Source: Bdellovibrionales bacterium (GTDB taxonomy: Bacteria; Bdellovibrionota; UBA1018; CAIMNF01). Taken from it: a stretch of 64,000 nt of DNA. Both the position numbers and the translations under genes were made by a program. The notes under the pieces were generated by a model. That model ran no database searches and was not told the origin of the DNA. It saw only the letters and a list, made by a program, of their open reading frames with translations. Location: assembly GCA_947502835.1 (NCBI GenBank), contig CANNBJ010000002.1, positions 397,850 through 461,849 of the forward strand, written 5' to 3'. Below, one piece after another: positions 49,740 to 59,425 of this stretch (its first letter is position 1; each line of letters begins with the position of its first letter).

Positions 49740-50399
49740 TCAGATGCCAGGTTGGCTATTTACCAAAGCGCCGACCTCATTGATTGTCCAAATATCGGGC
49801 AGGTTGGCCCCCCCATTCCTGCCTCCAACGTTTCCTACGCCGCCGATGACGTATTGAGTAGCACTAGTAATTCGACCCTCTGCGCCGAGGGCGGTGCTAG
49901 GTCCGTTAAGAAGACTAGCCACAGGCTGAGGTGCGGTTGCCGGTGCTACAAACGAGTTTGCTGCCCACTGAACGTTTGCGGCAACGCATACTTCTGTAGC
50001 AGGGCCAGCACCACCACCTTGGGGCCAGCCTGCAAAACCATCGCACCGAGTATTCCCGGCAGGTCCACAAAAGTTAGCGGTCAAAACAGCGCCATTAAAC
50101 CCAATGGCGTATCGTGTTTGTCCCGCGCTGGGCTGAAAGCCAGCCTGCTGAATGCAACCAGAGAGGCCGTTTTCAGCACGAAATGATTCCACCGCAGTCC
50201 TGGCAGCGGCAAGGGCAAGCTTCACTTCCGACTGGCGGGACCTCGCCATAAAACTATTGAAACGCGGAATTGCAAGTGTTGCGAGAATCCCGATGATGGC
50301 AACCACCACCATGAGTTCCACCAAAGTGAAACCGGCCTGTGAGCGCAAAACTGATCCCGCACCCCTGGATTTATTTTTGATCACATTACTAATTTTCAT
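49740..50399 (-). CDS. pilA: Type IVa major pilin PilA
   Basis: [32 protein letters not shown], four Cys, DIWTIN; GAGGGG SD; own terminator. Confidence 0.92.
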   Translation of the reverse strand: MKISNVIKNKSRGAGSVLRSQAGFTLVELMVVVAIIGILATLAIPRFNSFMARSRQSEVKLALAAARTAVESFRAENGLSGCIQQAGFQPSAGQTRYAIGFNGAVLTANFCGPAGNTRCDGFAGWPQGGGAGPATEVCVAANVQWAANSFVAPATAPQPVASLLNGPSTALGAEGRITSATQYVIGGVGNVGGRNGGANLPDIWTINEVGALVNSQPGI

Positions 50400-50457
50400 A
50401 TTCACCCCTCGAGAGATTTCTTTTGCTCTCACTTTTGGATAGGATAAGGGACACCGG

Positions 50458-51138
50458 ATGAATTTGCGACAGATTTTTCATTTGCCTTGCCTGATTGCGG
50501 TTTTTTTTTGCGTCGGTTTTCATTTTTCAATTTCCGGTGTTGAGTTTGAATGTGCGAAGGATGTTTCTGACACAGGGTACGAATTGACACCCCGATTTGT
50601 TCGTTTCATCAGTGGTGGTTTGTGGCCTGTGATTGTCGATTGGGAATGGCTGAGATCACTTCAGGAATTGGGGGAGATGACCTACTCTAAAGAGACCAGC
50701 GCGGTCATGGAACAATCCTATCGTTTGATTCACGGACTTGATCCATTCTTCTTTGAGTCTTACGAGCAAGGATCGATCGGATTCATGGTTCTCCTCAAGG
50801 AGCCTGACGCTGCCTTGAGAATCCTTGACCGTGCGATCAATGTTTTTGAGAGCGGTAGTTTTCCAAAGGAGCACTGGACGCACGCATTTTTGCTTTACCT
50901 GAATCGCGCATCCGTCCATGGGTACCAAAAACAGGACTTCGCCTCTGCAAAACGTGATTTTTTGAAAGCGAGCGAAATCCCGGGAGCCCCTTCTTATCTG
51001 CAGTCCATGAAGACTTGGCTTGCAGGCGAGGATTCGGAGAGGGTCCTTGCGGTCCGAATGCTTAAGATCTTGGCCTCAAATACGAAGGATCCAGTATTGA
51101 AGGCGTTCTATGAGGAGGAGAAAAAACGTTATGAATAG
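50458..51138 (+). CDS. Myxobacterial PilG-like accessory protein
   Basis: Lies between pilA and an ABC ATPase/permease pair; [14 protein letters not shown] and ASEIPGAP resemble that family from memory; start uncertain. Confidence 0.6.
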   Translation: MNLRQIFHLPCLIAVFFCVGFHFSISGVEFECAKDVSDTGYELTPRFVRFISGGLWPVIVDWEWLRSLQELGEMTYSKETSAVMEQSYRLIHGLDPFFFESYEQGSIGFMVLLKEPDAALRILDRAINVFESGSFPKEHWTHAFLLYLNRASVHGYQKQDFASAKRDFLKASEIPGAPSYLQSMKTWLAGEDSERVLAVRMLKILASNTKDPVLKAFYEEEKKRYE

Positions 51139-51817
51139 TGCTCGGTTTCCTGCGGTCGAATTGAAGGATGTGGAGTGGGGAGTGGCAGGAAAGAATATTC
51201 TCAAGTCTTGCTCCGTCAAGGTTGGCTTCGGGGAATGTGTTGGAGTCATTGGGCACAATGGAGCCGGAAAGACCACATTGTTTCAAATCTTGATGGGATT
51301 CAAGATTCCCAGCCGCGGTGACCTGTTTCTTAATGGCGTGTCCTCGCTTAATCCGAAGTCGAGAATTGGTGTTGCTTATGTTCCGGAACGTCCTTATTTC
51401 AACGTCGAGCAAACCTTTATGGATTTTCTCTCGCTTCACTGCGCACTTGCAGGCCTAACTGCCGGAAAAAAGATGTACGAGATCAAGCGGGTGTCGCTCG
51501 AAGTGGGCTTGCAGGATCATCTTGTTCAAAAAATGAAATCCTTTTCAAAGGGGATGCTTCAGAAAGCGTCTTTGGCCCAGGCTGCGATCGGAGACCCTTC
51601 AATCATGATTCTGGATGAGCCGATGAGCGGCTTGGACCCGGAGTCACGTGATGTTCTGCGAACTCTGATCCAGTCGTGGAGATCGTCCGGTAAGACGATC
51701 CTCTTTTCTTCCCACGCGATCGAAGATCTCGAGGCGCTTGCGAATCGGGTGATTGCTCTCTCGGCAGGGGAAATTCGTTTTGATGGATCATTAGAGGAAT
51801 GGAGGAGTAAAAGATGA
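51131..51817 (+). CDS. ABC ATP-binding protein (myxobacterial PilH-like)
   Basis: GHNGAGKTT, FSKGMLQK, LDEPMSGLDP and SSH motifs. Confidence 0.9.
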   Translation: MNSARFPAVELKDVEWGVAGKNILKSCSVKVGFGECVGVIGHNGAGKTTLFQILMGFKIPSRGDLFLNGVSSLNPKSRIGVAYVPERPYFNVEQTFMDFLSLHCALAGLTAGKKMYEIKRVSLEVGLQDHLVQKMKSFSKGMLQKASLAQAAIGDPSIMILDEPMSGLDPESRDVLRTLIQSWRSSGKTILFSSHAIEDLEALANRVIALSAGEIRFDGSLEEWRSKR

Positions 51818-52602
51818 GCCGGGATTCGTGGATTGTTTCGCAGATACGTTCCTTTTTCGCGATTGCGATCTACACTTTCCGGAACCTGCTCCGCGAGAAG
51901 ATCCTCTATACACTTTTCTTTGTCGCCATCTTTCTTCTCATGATAGGGTATCTCGCTGCATTGTTGGTTTGGGGCCGTCAGGATAGAATCCTGCTTCATT
52001 TTGGAACCTTTGTGAATGCTCTTGCGGTTCTTGCTGTTTCGCTTGGGGCCGGATCCAGCGTTTTGCGAACTGAAATTGAGAACCGGAGCATTTATCTCCT
52101 TCTTGCGCGCCCTGTGCACCGAGGAATCCTTCTGGTTTCAAAGTGGGCCGGAATTTCACTCTTCACGCTCGCTTATTCCACGCTTCTGATGTGTGTTGTG
52201 GGTGCGGGCATTCTTTTCTTGGGCGGTCCTGTCAAGGGGGCTTTCTTCCAAAGTTTCGGCCTGGTCTTTGTCGAGTCCTTGCTTGCATCCGCCGCCTCGA
52301 TTTTTCTTTCCTTTTTCCTGAGACCTGGACTTTCCGCTGTGACCTGCCTTGCCTATCTGTTTTTAGGCCACAATCACGACCAAATTTCGTATTTGATCAA
52401 AAAAGGGGCAGCGATCCCCGGGGTTCTTGTGGTCTTGCGCGGGATTACCCCCGATCTGTCGCTTCTTTTGATGGATACGCGGGTTTTCTATGATCAGCCT
52501 CTTGCTTCCTCGGAATTCATTCTTCGTGCCGGGTACGGCTTTGGTTGGGCCTTCATGTTTGTTTTGTTTGGCAACGCGGTCTTTTTCAGGAAAAATCTCT
52601 GA
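51814..52602 (+). CDS. ABC-2 permease (myxobacterial PilI-like)
   Basis: TFRNLLREKILY, EIENRSIYLLLARP, about six TM segments, terminal FFRKNL. Confidence 0.85.
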   Translation: MSRDSWIVSQIRSFFAIAIYTFRNLLREKILYTLFFVAIFLLMIGYLAALLVWGRQDRILLHFGTFVNALAVLAVSLGAGSSVLRTEIENRSIYLLLARPVHRGILLVSKWAGISLFTLAYSTLLMCVVGAGILFLGGPVKGAFFQSFGLVFVESLLASAASIFLSFFLRPGLSAVTCLAYLFLGHNHDQISYLIKKGAAIPGVLVVLRGITPDLSLLLMDTRVFYDQPLASSEFILRAGYGFGWAFMFVLFGNAVFFRKNL

Positions 52603-53370
52603 ATGCTGAAGTCCACTCTTGTCATTCTTTTTGGATTGATCATTGGAAGCTTCCTGAATGTGGTGATTCACCGTTTGCCGCTTGATCAGTCCGTGGTGAA
52701 GCCCGCGAGCCGGTGCCCTTCCTGCGGAACGGGGCTCAAGTGGTTTCACAATGTGCCCTTGGTGAGCTACCTCTTGCTTCGCGGAAAGTGCGCGGCTTGC
52801 GGAAATCCCATCTCGTGGCGGTATCCGCTCGTGGAGTTCCTGACTGCTTTTTTGTTCTGGGCAAGTTTTCGTGATCTCCCTTTCGGTGTGTTCGAGTTCA
52901 TCTCCCAGTTCAGGATCTGGTTGTTCATTGCTCTTGGTGTTGCGATTGCATTCATCGACCTTGATCACCGGATCATTCCGGATGAGTTGAGTCTCGGAGG
53001 CTGGCTGATCGGGGCCCTCACTGCATATTGGGATTACCGTGCGGGGCTCCCCTCGCTTTTGATTGCCTCTGTAGCAGGATTCGGGTTTTTCTTCCTCTTT
53101 GCCCTTCTCTACGAAAAGGTGACCGGGCGCGCGGGCCTCGGAGGAGGAGACATCAAATTCATGGGGACGATCGGGGTATTTTTGGGCTTCGGAGGCATCT
53201 GGTCGTCCATCATGATCAGTTCGGTTTTGGGCAGCGTGGTCGGGATCGCAATTGCGAAGCTGAATCGATCAGAACAGGCATTGCGTACTGCGATTCCCTA
53301 CGGCCCTTTTCTGGTGGTTGGAGCTCTGGTAGAACTCTTCTTCGAGGTGTCACGATGGATCATCCCCTAG
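52603..53370 (+). CDS. pilD: Prepilin peptidase/N-methyltransferase
   Basis: GSFLNVVIHRLP, two CxxC, FIDLDH, GGGDIK and PYGPFL motifs. Confidence 0.96.
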   Translation: MLKSTLVILFGLIIGSFLNVVIHRLPLDQSVVKPASRCPSCGTGLKWFHNVPLVSYLLLRGKCAACGNPISWRYPLVEFLTAFLFWASFRDLPFGVFEFISQFRIWLFIALGVAIAFIDLDHRIIPDELSLGGWLIGALTAYWDYRAGLPSLLIASVAGFGFFFLFALLYEKVTGRAGLGGGDIKFMGTIGVFLGFGGIWSSIMISSVLGSVVGIAIAKLNRSEQALRTAIPYGPFLVVGALVELFFEVSRWIIP

Positions 53371-53918
53371 AAGATGAGTGGAGAAATTTCGAGCTTTACG
53401 AGAAGATCCGCGTTCGCGAGCGGCGCCAGCGATTTTGGACCATCACTCTTGCGGCTTTTTTGTTTCTGGCCCTTTGCTCCGTGCCAGTGATTCAGGATCG
53501 GCTTCCAAAGTGGCAGTCTTTGGATGCGGCCCTTGAGATTTCCCTGGAGCTTGAGCATCTCAAAACCCGCGCCATCCAGGAAAAACGATCCGCGTGGTTG
53601 CGCTTTTCCGGTCCGGGCGAATTCAGGGTGGATTTTGTCTCTGATTGCGAGTCGAAAGCGGATCCCGTGGTTGAAAAAGTTTCCAGGTGGAAGGATCGCG
53701 AGGGTTCCCTCAAGGTGCTTGTTCGCGAGGAGCTTTCACGCCATTCCATTGCACTTGGTGTGGATGAGATCTGTTTTGACCCGGTTTACGGACTGAGTGG
53801 GGTGAAATCCCGCATTGTTTTGGTGATTGCACCCGTCAAGGACTTGACGGAAGGTCGTTTCGAGCGCGCATCGTACGTCGAGCTCGAAGGGGAATCGGCA
53901 AAAATTTCCATAAATTAG
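53355..53918 (+). CDS. FimT/GspH-like protein without a canonical prepilin cleavage site
   Basis: TM helix followed by AALEISLELEHLKTRAIQEKR; located between pilD and pilM. Confidence 0.5.
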   Translation: MDHPLEDEWRNFELYEKIRVRERRQRFWTITLAAFLFLALCSVPVIQDRLPKWQSLDAALEISLELEHLKTRAIQEKRSAWLRFSGPGEFRVDFVSDCESKADPVVEKVSRWKDREGSLKVLVREELSRHSIALGVDEICFDPVYGLSGVKSRIVLVIAPVKDLTEGRFERASYVELEGESAKISIN

Positions 53919-53964
53919 AGTCAATGAATTGTAATTTCCGCGCGCGCTGTGTAACCTCTTAAAG

Positions 53965-55056
53965 ATGGCATCCGCTCATGGAAGGGCAGGAAGTGGTTCC
54001 GGTTTTCTCTCTCGCTTGTTCGGTTCAGGAAAATCCCTGATCGGCTTGAGCGTCGGTGCGTCCTGTACCAAGGCAGTGGAAATCAACACTCGTGGTAAAG
54101 GGTGGACTTTCAAGTCCTTCGAATCGAGTCCTGTGGAGGGTGCTCTTTCGGATCAGCGTGAAATCATCAACCCATCCTCTGTATCCGAGTCGATCCGAGA
54201 TGTCTTCTCAAGAGCGAGGATTTCAACCAAAGATGTGTGCGCTGCTGTAACGGGCAGCGGGGTGATCATCAAAACCCTCACTCTCAGCATCACCAACATG
54301 AAAGAATTGAACGACCAGGTGCTCTGGGAAGCGGAACAATACATCCCCTTCGATATCAATGATGTGGTCGTGGATTACCAGGTCCTCCGGAAACTGAAGG
54401 ACAACCAGGTCGAGGTGATCATTGTGGCGGTGAAGAAGGATTTTCTGGATCAGTACCGGAGTGTCATCGAAAGTGCCAAGCTCAAAATCAATGTATTTGA
54501 TGTGGAAATGTTCGCTCTCCAGAACTGCTTCGAAATGAACTATGATCCTCCCTTGAATCAAGCGGTGTTGTTGGCGGACATTGGTGCGATGAGCACAAAA
54601 ATGGTGATTTGCTCGGAAGGTGTCCCTCTCTTCACGAAGGATTCACCCTACGGCGGAAGCCTCGTGTCGCTTGAAATTCAGCGGGAATTGAAGCTTCCCT
54701 CCATCATGGATGCCGAAGCCTTGAAGATTTCCGGAAATCTTCCGCAGGAGGTTGCCGAGATCGTGAACCGCACCTCCCACACGATCGGTGCGGAGCTCAA
54801 AAAATCCCTCGATTTCTACAATGCATCCTCGGTCGGACCCCCGGTTTCAGTGGTGTTCCTGTCCGGAGGAGCGTCTCGCGCCCCGGGGCTCGTTCAGGTC
54901 GTTGCCGAATATGTGGGGACACCTGTTGAATTCTTGAATCCTTTTGAGAGAGTTCACCCGAATCCGAAAAAGCATACGCCTGAATTTTTGGAAACCATCG
55001 CACGGGAAGCGGTCATTCCGATGGGTCTTGCCATGCGATCGAGGGATGCGAAATGA
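53965..55056 (+). CDS. pilM: Type IV pilus assembly protein PilM
   Basis: WEAEQYIPF, VVDYQ, DIGA, LSGG and NPF motifs. Confidence 0.93.
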   Translation: MASAHGRAGSGSGFLSRLFGSGKSLIGLSVGASCTKAVEINTRGKGWTFKSFESSPVEGALSDQREIINPSSVSESIRDVFSRARISTKDVCAAVTGSGVIIKTLTLSITNMKELNDQVLWEAEQYIPFDINDVVVDYQVLRKLKDNQVEVIIVAVKKDFLDQYRSVIESAKLKINVFDVEMFALQNCFEMNYDPPLNQAVLLADIGAMSTKMVICSEGVPLFTKDSPYGGSLVSLEIQRELKLPSIMDAEALKISGNLPQEVAEIVNRTSHTIGAELKKSLDFYNASSVGPPVSVVFLSGGASRAPGLVQVVAEYVGTPVEFLNPFERVHPNPKKHTPEFLETIAREAVIPMGLAMRSRDAK

Positions 55057-55673
55057 TCCGGATCAATCTCGCGAAGAAAAAACCGGCATCGATGGGCGGA
55101 GGGGGGATGGGTGCCTCTGTCGGGAGCGGTTTCTCGCTGAAGTCGATTTTCGAGGGTAGAGGCGGGGACATCTGGACTGTGGGCAGCGTTCTCGTAATCC
55201 CGCTCGCTCTGGCCATCGGTGCAAATATTTATTATGACGACTATCTCCTCCAGCGCACGGCCGAGATCCAAAAGCAAATCACGGATCGTGGAAAAGAAAA
55301 GGAAAAGCTCCAACGGGAACTTCTAAGTGTGAAGGGATATGAGGCCATCAAACAACAACTTGAAGAGAATTCCTCGGTAATCCGGAACAAGATCGACACC
55401 ATTGAGAGGCTGATTCGGGACCGCGATTTCGCGACGAAATCCCTGATCACGATGGCCCAGTCCATGCCGAAAGAGATGTGGATTGCCGAATATGCCTTTG
55501 ATGACAGGGGCTATCGAATCAGTGGCTCAAGCCTGGATGCGGGCATGATCTCGGAACTGATGGGGCGTTTGCAAAAGAGCATTTATTTTACAAACCTTCA
55601 GTTGATCTCCAGCTCCTCCACGGACGGACAGGGGATGAAGGCGGATTTCTCGCTTCAAGGCAAGGTGGAATGA
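55053..55673 (+). CDS. pilN: Type IV pilus assembly protein PilN
   Basis: MIRINL N-terminal motif, TM segment, coiled coil, MPKEMW. Confidence 0.9.
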   Translation: MIRINLAKKKPASMGGGGMGASVGSGFSLKSIFEGRGGDIWTVGSVLVIPLALAIGANIYYDDYLLQRTAEIQKQITDRGKEKEKLQRELLSVKGYEAIKQQLEENSSVIRNKIDTIERLIRDRDFATKSLITMAQSMPKEMWIAEYAFDDRGYRISGSSLDAGMISELMGRLQKSIYFTNLQLISSSSTDGQGMKADFSLQGKVE

Positions 55674-56296
55674 TGGAGGCGCTCAAGAGATTCCCCTCCC
55701 TTTTGTTGTTGGCAGCGTGGATCGGGTATCTCGCATATAACGTCTATGAGTTCGAGTATTCGGAATCCGGCGAGGCACACAGGCTGCAAGCGCAGGTCAA
55801 ACAGGCTGACTCGGAGCTGGATGGAATGCGAAAGAAGAAGAAAGAAGGTGAAGCGTTCCTGAAAAGCCTTGATTCCAAAAAAGAGGAGATCAGGGAACAG
55901 GCAAGGAAGCTTGCAGGATACCAGGGTGCGCTCTCCGAGGCTGCGGACATTCCGAATCTCATCAAGATTCTCCTCACGGAGGCGCGCAAGCTCGAGATTC
56001 GGGTCGAGAAGATGGAGCCTGGCCGGAAAAATCAGAAAGAGTATTATTTGGAGCAGGAATTCCGGCTGAACATGAAAGGCAATTTCCAGCAGATTGTCCT
56101 CTTCATGCACCGGATTTCCCAGCTGCAGCGGATTCTCAGGGTGGGGAATTTCAGTCTCAAGAAGAGTCCGATCAGCCTCAGTTCCCGTTTTGTCACGCTG
56201 GATGCGGGGATCTCTGTGAATGCTTATCAATACACGGTGAGCAAGGAAGATTCGCTCAGTAAGGAAGCGGAAATCAAGGGAGGAGCGAAAAAGTGA
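55670..56296 (+). CDS. pilO: Type IV pilus assembly protein PilO
   Basis: TM segment, coiled coil, DIPNLI, GNFQQIVLFM...LQRI. Confidence 0.88.
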   Translation: MMEALKRFPSLLLLAAWIGYLAYNVYEFEYSESGEAHRLQAQVKQADSELDGMRKKKKEGEAFLKSLDSKKEEIREQARKLAGYQGALSEAADIPNLIKILLTEARKLEIRVEKMEPGRKNQKEYYLEQEFRLNMKGNFQQIVLFMHRISQLQRILRVGNFSLKKSPISLSSRFVTLDAGISVNAYQYTVSKEDSLSKEAEIKGGAKK

Positions 56297-56754
56297 AACT
56301 GCTTCTGCCTGTTCCTCTTTTTCTTCTCGTGACCGGAATTGCCTCGGCAGCGCCAAACCCCGATGCCCCCGGCTCATCCATTGAATCGATCCTGAATGAG
56401 GGCTTGATCCGAGCCCTTCGGGATCCCTTCGAGGAGCCCGTGGTTGTGAAGGAAGTGAAAGTGAAGGCTCAATCGGACCTTGAACTCTATCAATTGAGGG
56501 ATCTGAAATTGAATGGGGTGATCACAGGTCCGAAAAAGACCCGTGCCTTGATTGTATCTCCGAAGGGCCAAACCTTCTTTGTCAAGGTTGGGGATTTGGT
56601 GGGGGCCCGTGAGGGAAGAGTCACGAGCATCGCTCCCGATTCGGTTCAGGTGGTGGAGTATTTCGTGGACGATCAGGGAAAGCGGTTGCCTGATCGGTAT
56701 GAGATGCGGATGGACGGAGAGCTTCGACTCCTGGACAGGAAGGGCAGGAATTGA
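56293..56754 (+). CDS. pilP: Type IV pilus assembly protein PilP
   Basis: RDPF, LELYQLRDLKLNGVI and FVKVGDLVG motifs; no lipobox Cys. Confidence 0.88.
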   Translation: MKLLLPVPLFLLVTGIASAAPNPDAPGSSIESILNEGLIRALRDPFEEPVVVKEVKVKAQSDLELYQLRDLKLNGVITGPKKTRALIVSPKGQTFFVKVGDLVGAREGRVTSIAPDSVQVVEYFVDDQGKRLPDRYEMRMDGELRLLDRKGRN

Positions 56755-58224
56755 ATGAAAAAACCAATGGGACTTTTTTTGGTGACGTTTGTTTTGGCTG
56801 GAAGTCCAATTGCGGAGGCCCAGGAATCCGCCCCCCTCGACACCATCGAGAAGTCGGCGAGGGAGAAGAAATTCACCGGATCCCCCATCACACTCAAGCT
56901 CAAGGATGCGGATATCAACGAAGTGATGAGGTTGATCGGGGAAGCGAGTGGATTCAATGTGGTGGTCGCTCCGGGGGTTTCGGGAAAAGTGACCGTTTCC
57001 CTGGAGGATGTGCCATGGGACCAAGCGCTTGATGTTGTCATGACTACGATGAATCTTGCTGCGGAACGATTTGAAAGTGTGTTGAGAGTCATGCCCAGAG
57101 AGGTTCTTTTGAAGGAAAAGCAGGCCATCCTCGAAACAGAGAGAATCGCATCCCAGGCAGCGCCGCGGATCACACGGATATTTCCGATCAGTTACTCGGA
57201 CCTGACCCAGCTTTCAAATCTCCTGAGTGGATTCTTGAGTACTCCGCCCGGAGGAGCCGGAGCTTCGGGAGGTGCCCAAACGGGAGCTCCCGGCGCTGCG
57301 GGCTCCCCGGGTCAGGCAGGTGGGGGCGCGGCGCTTTCCAGCATTCAAATCGATCAGAACACGCAGAGCCTGATTGTGAGGGACACGTCCGAAGGAGTCG
57401 AGCGGATCCGGAAAATGATTGCTCTCCTTGATGTTCAAACGCCCCAGATCATGATCGAGGCGAAGGTGATTGATGCAAACGAGAGTTTTGTGAATACCAT
57501 CGACGGGAAGTTTGGAATCACGGCAGGGGGCAGTTCGATTTCCATCAATGGGGCGTCACTTGGCGGAGGCGCTTCCTCAGCAGTGAGTTCCGGTTCTTCT
57601 GCGGCGGCAAGCGCTGACAATGGTCCGAACTCCTTTAGGATTGGAATCGGGAACGCCTTCAGCTTGAACGCCATCTTGAATTATTCCGAGGCTGAAAATA
57701 CAGCAAAAGTGATCACTTCACCCCGTTTGATGGTTTTGAGCGGAAAAAAAGCGAATATCAATCAAGCGAACAATCTGAGTGTGCAGCAACAGACGGTAGT
57801 GAATGGAGTCACCCTGAATCAGACTGTATTCATCCCTTACAACACGAGTCTTGATGTCACCCCCCGCGCAACCAACGAGGGGTCTGTCTTCATGAAACTC
57901 AATTTCCAAAGGGATGTGGTCCAGCTTGATGCAAATGGTCAGAACTCTGTTGCTCCAAGAAGTGTAACCACCGAGGTGGTGGTTGAGAATGGAAACACAC
58001 TGGTTCTTGGAGGGGTTCAGAGCTCATCAGAGGCAAGCGGATCCCGGGGATTTCCATTTCTCAGGAAAATCCCGATTCTCGGCTGGCTTTTCGGGACCGA
58101 GAGTAGAGCTGCAGAGAAAAACGAGTTGATGTTCTTCGTCACTCCCAAGATTGTGAATGTGAGGAAGACCGCCCTTGGATCCGGGAGCGATTCCGATGCG
58201 GAACAGAAATCGGAAAAGCTATGA
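56755..58224 (+). CDS. pilQ: Type IV pilus secretin PilQ (short form)
   Basis: FTGSPITLKLKDADI, VPWDQALD, QIMIEAK, PFLRKIPILGWLF and FVTPKI motifs. Confidence 0.93.
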   Translation: MKKPMGLFLVTFVLAGSPIAEAQESAPLDTIEKSAREKKFTGSPITLKLKDADINEVMRLIGEASGFNVVVAPGVSGKVTVSLEDVPWDQALDVVMTTMNLAAERFESVLRVMPREVLLKEKQAILETERIASQAAPRITRIFPISYSDLTQLSNLLSGFLSTPPGGAGASGGAQTGAPGAAGSPGQAGGGAALSSIQIDQNTQSLIVRDTSEGVERIRKMIALLDVQTPQIMIEAKVIDANESFVNTIDGKFGITAGGSSISINGASLGGGASSAVSSGSSAAASADNGPNSFRIGIGNAFSLNAILNYSEAENTAKVITSPRLMVLSGKKANINQANNLSVQQQTVVNGVTLNQTVFIPYNTSLDVTPRATNEGSVFMKLNFQRDVVQLDANGQNSVAPRSVTTEVVVENGNTLVLGGVQSSSEASGSRGFPFLRKIPILGWLFGTESRAAEKNELMFFVTPKIVNVRKTALGSGSDSDAEQKSEKL

Positions 58225-58820
58225 AGCCCGCTCGAGGGAATCCGCAGATTTATCACTATCTCAAGAAATACCAGGCTGATCCGAAGTCGAGGGTGTTTGC
58301 GCCGCTTGCGGAAGCATATCGCAAAGCAGGTCTGTTTGATGAGGCGATTGAGATCTGTCGGGATGGAATCCGCTATCATCCGAATTTCATCGGGGGGAGA
58401 GTTGCGCTCGGACGTGCGCTTTTTGACAAGGGAGATTACGAATCGACCGTAAAGGAGCTTGCACCGGTCGTAATGGAGGTTCCGGACAATCTCGTGGCCC
58501 AGAAACTGCTCGCGGAGAGTTGTTTGATTTTGGGTCGTCTCGCAGAGGCTCTTGTCGCCTACAAAGTGCTTCTTTTTTTCATGCCCAAGGACCAGGAGAT
58601 CATCAAGCTCGTTCAAGAGCTTGAGTCCAGAGCCTACGAAGATGGTTTACTTGTGCTTCAGGATGATCCCGTTCCCCTGAAAAGCTTCACGGTGCAGGCC
58701 GCCGATCGAGCCCTTTCAGCGGATCCCCTTGTGAAGCGTCAGGAGTGGATCAACCGAATCGAGTTACTTCAGGCCCTTCTCCTTCGAGTTCAGCGGATTA
58801 AACTTGCGAACATCAGTTGA
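58221..58820 (+). CDS. TPR protein
   Basis: DPKSRVFAPLAEAYRKAG followed by TPR repeats; ATGA-coupled to pilQ. Confidence 0.8.
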   Translation: MKPARGNPQIYHYLKKYQADPKSRVFAPLAEAYRKAGLFDEAIEICRDGIRYHPNFIGGRVALGRALFDKGDYESTVKELAPVVMEVPDNLVAQKLLAESCLILGRLAEALVAYKVLLFFMPKDQEIIKLVQELESRAYEDGLLVLQDDPVPLKSFTVQAADRALSADPLVKRQEWINRIELLQALLLRVQRIKLANIS

Positions 58821-58852
58821 CCTTTGGTATCCGATTCTTTACCGGAGAACCT

Positions 58853-59425
58853 ATGGCATCTGTATACCCAACGAACGAATTTCGTAAGAACATCAAGCTT
58901 GAGATCGACAATACCCCGTTTCAGATTGTGGATTTCCAGCATGTGAGTCCGGGGAAGGGCAGTGCCTTCACTCGAACCAAGCTGAAGAATCTCCTGAACG
59001 GGAACGTGATTGAACGGACTTTCAAATCAGGCGAAAAGATTCCTGCTGCGAACGTTGAAATCAAGGACATGCAGTTTCTCTACAAGGACGGCAGCGGATT
59101 CAACTTCATGAATACCGAGAATTTTGAACAGATCATCATCAGTGAAGAGCAAATCGGGGAGCAATCCTTGTTCATGCAGGACAACATGCAGGTTCAGGTT
59201 CTATTCTACAATGAAAAGCCGATCACCGTTGACCTCCCGACCTTCGTTGAGTTGAAAGTGGTGAAAACCGATCCAAGTTTCCGAGGCGATACGGTCACCG
59301 GCGGTTCCAAGCCTGCCACCCTCGAGACGGGTGCAGTGATCCAGGTGCCCTTCCATATTTCGGAAGGGGATGTCCTAAAAGTGGATACAAGGGATGCAAG
59401 TTATGTCGAAAAAGCAAATAAGTAA
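58853..59425 (+). CDS. efp: Elongation factor P
   Basis: [22 protein letters not shown] and KVDTR motifs. Confidence 0.97.
   Translation: MASVYPTNEFRKNIKLEIDNTPFQIVDFQHVSPGKGSAFTRTKLKNLLNGNVIERTFKSGEKIPAANVEIKDMQFLYKDGSGFNFMNTENFEQIIISEEQIGEQSLFMQDNMQVQVLFYNEKPITVDLPTFVELKVVKTDPSFRGDTVTGGSKPATLETGAVIQVPFHISEGDVLKVDTRDASYVEKANK

Noticed and set aside
50400..50560. Sigma-54 promoter or invertase sites upstream of pilA
   Set aside because: No correctly spaced GG-N10-GC, no flanking inverted repeats, and no recombinase in the window.
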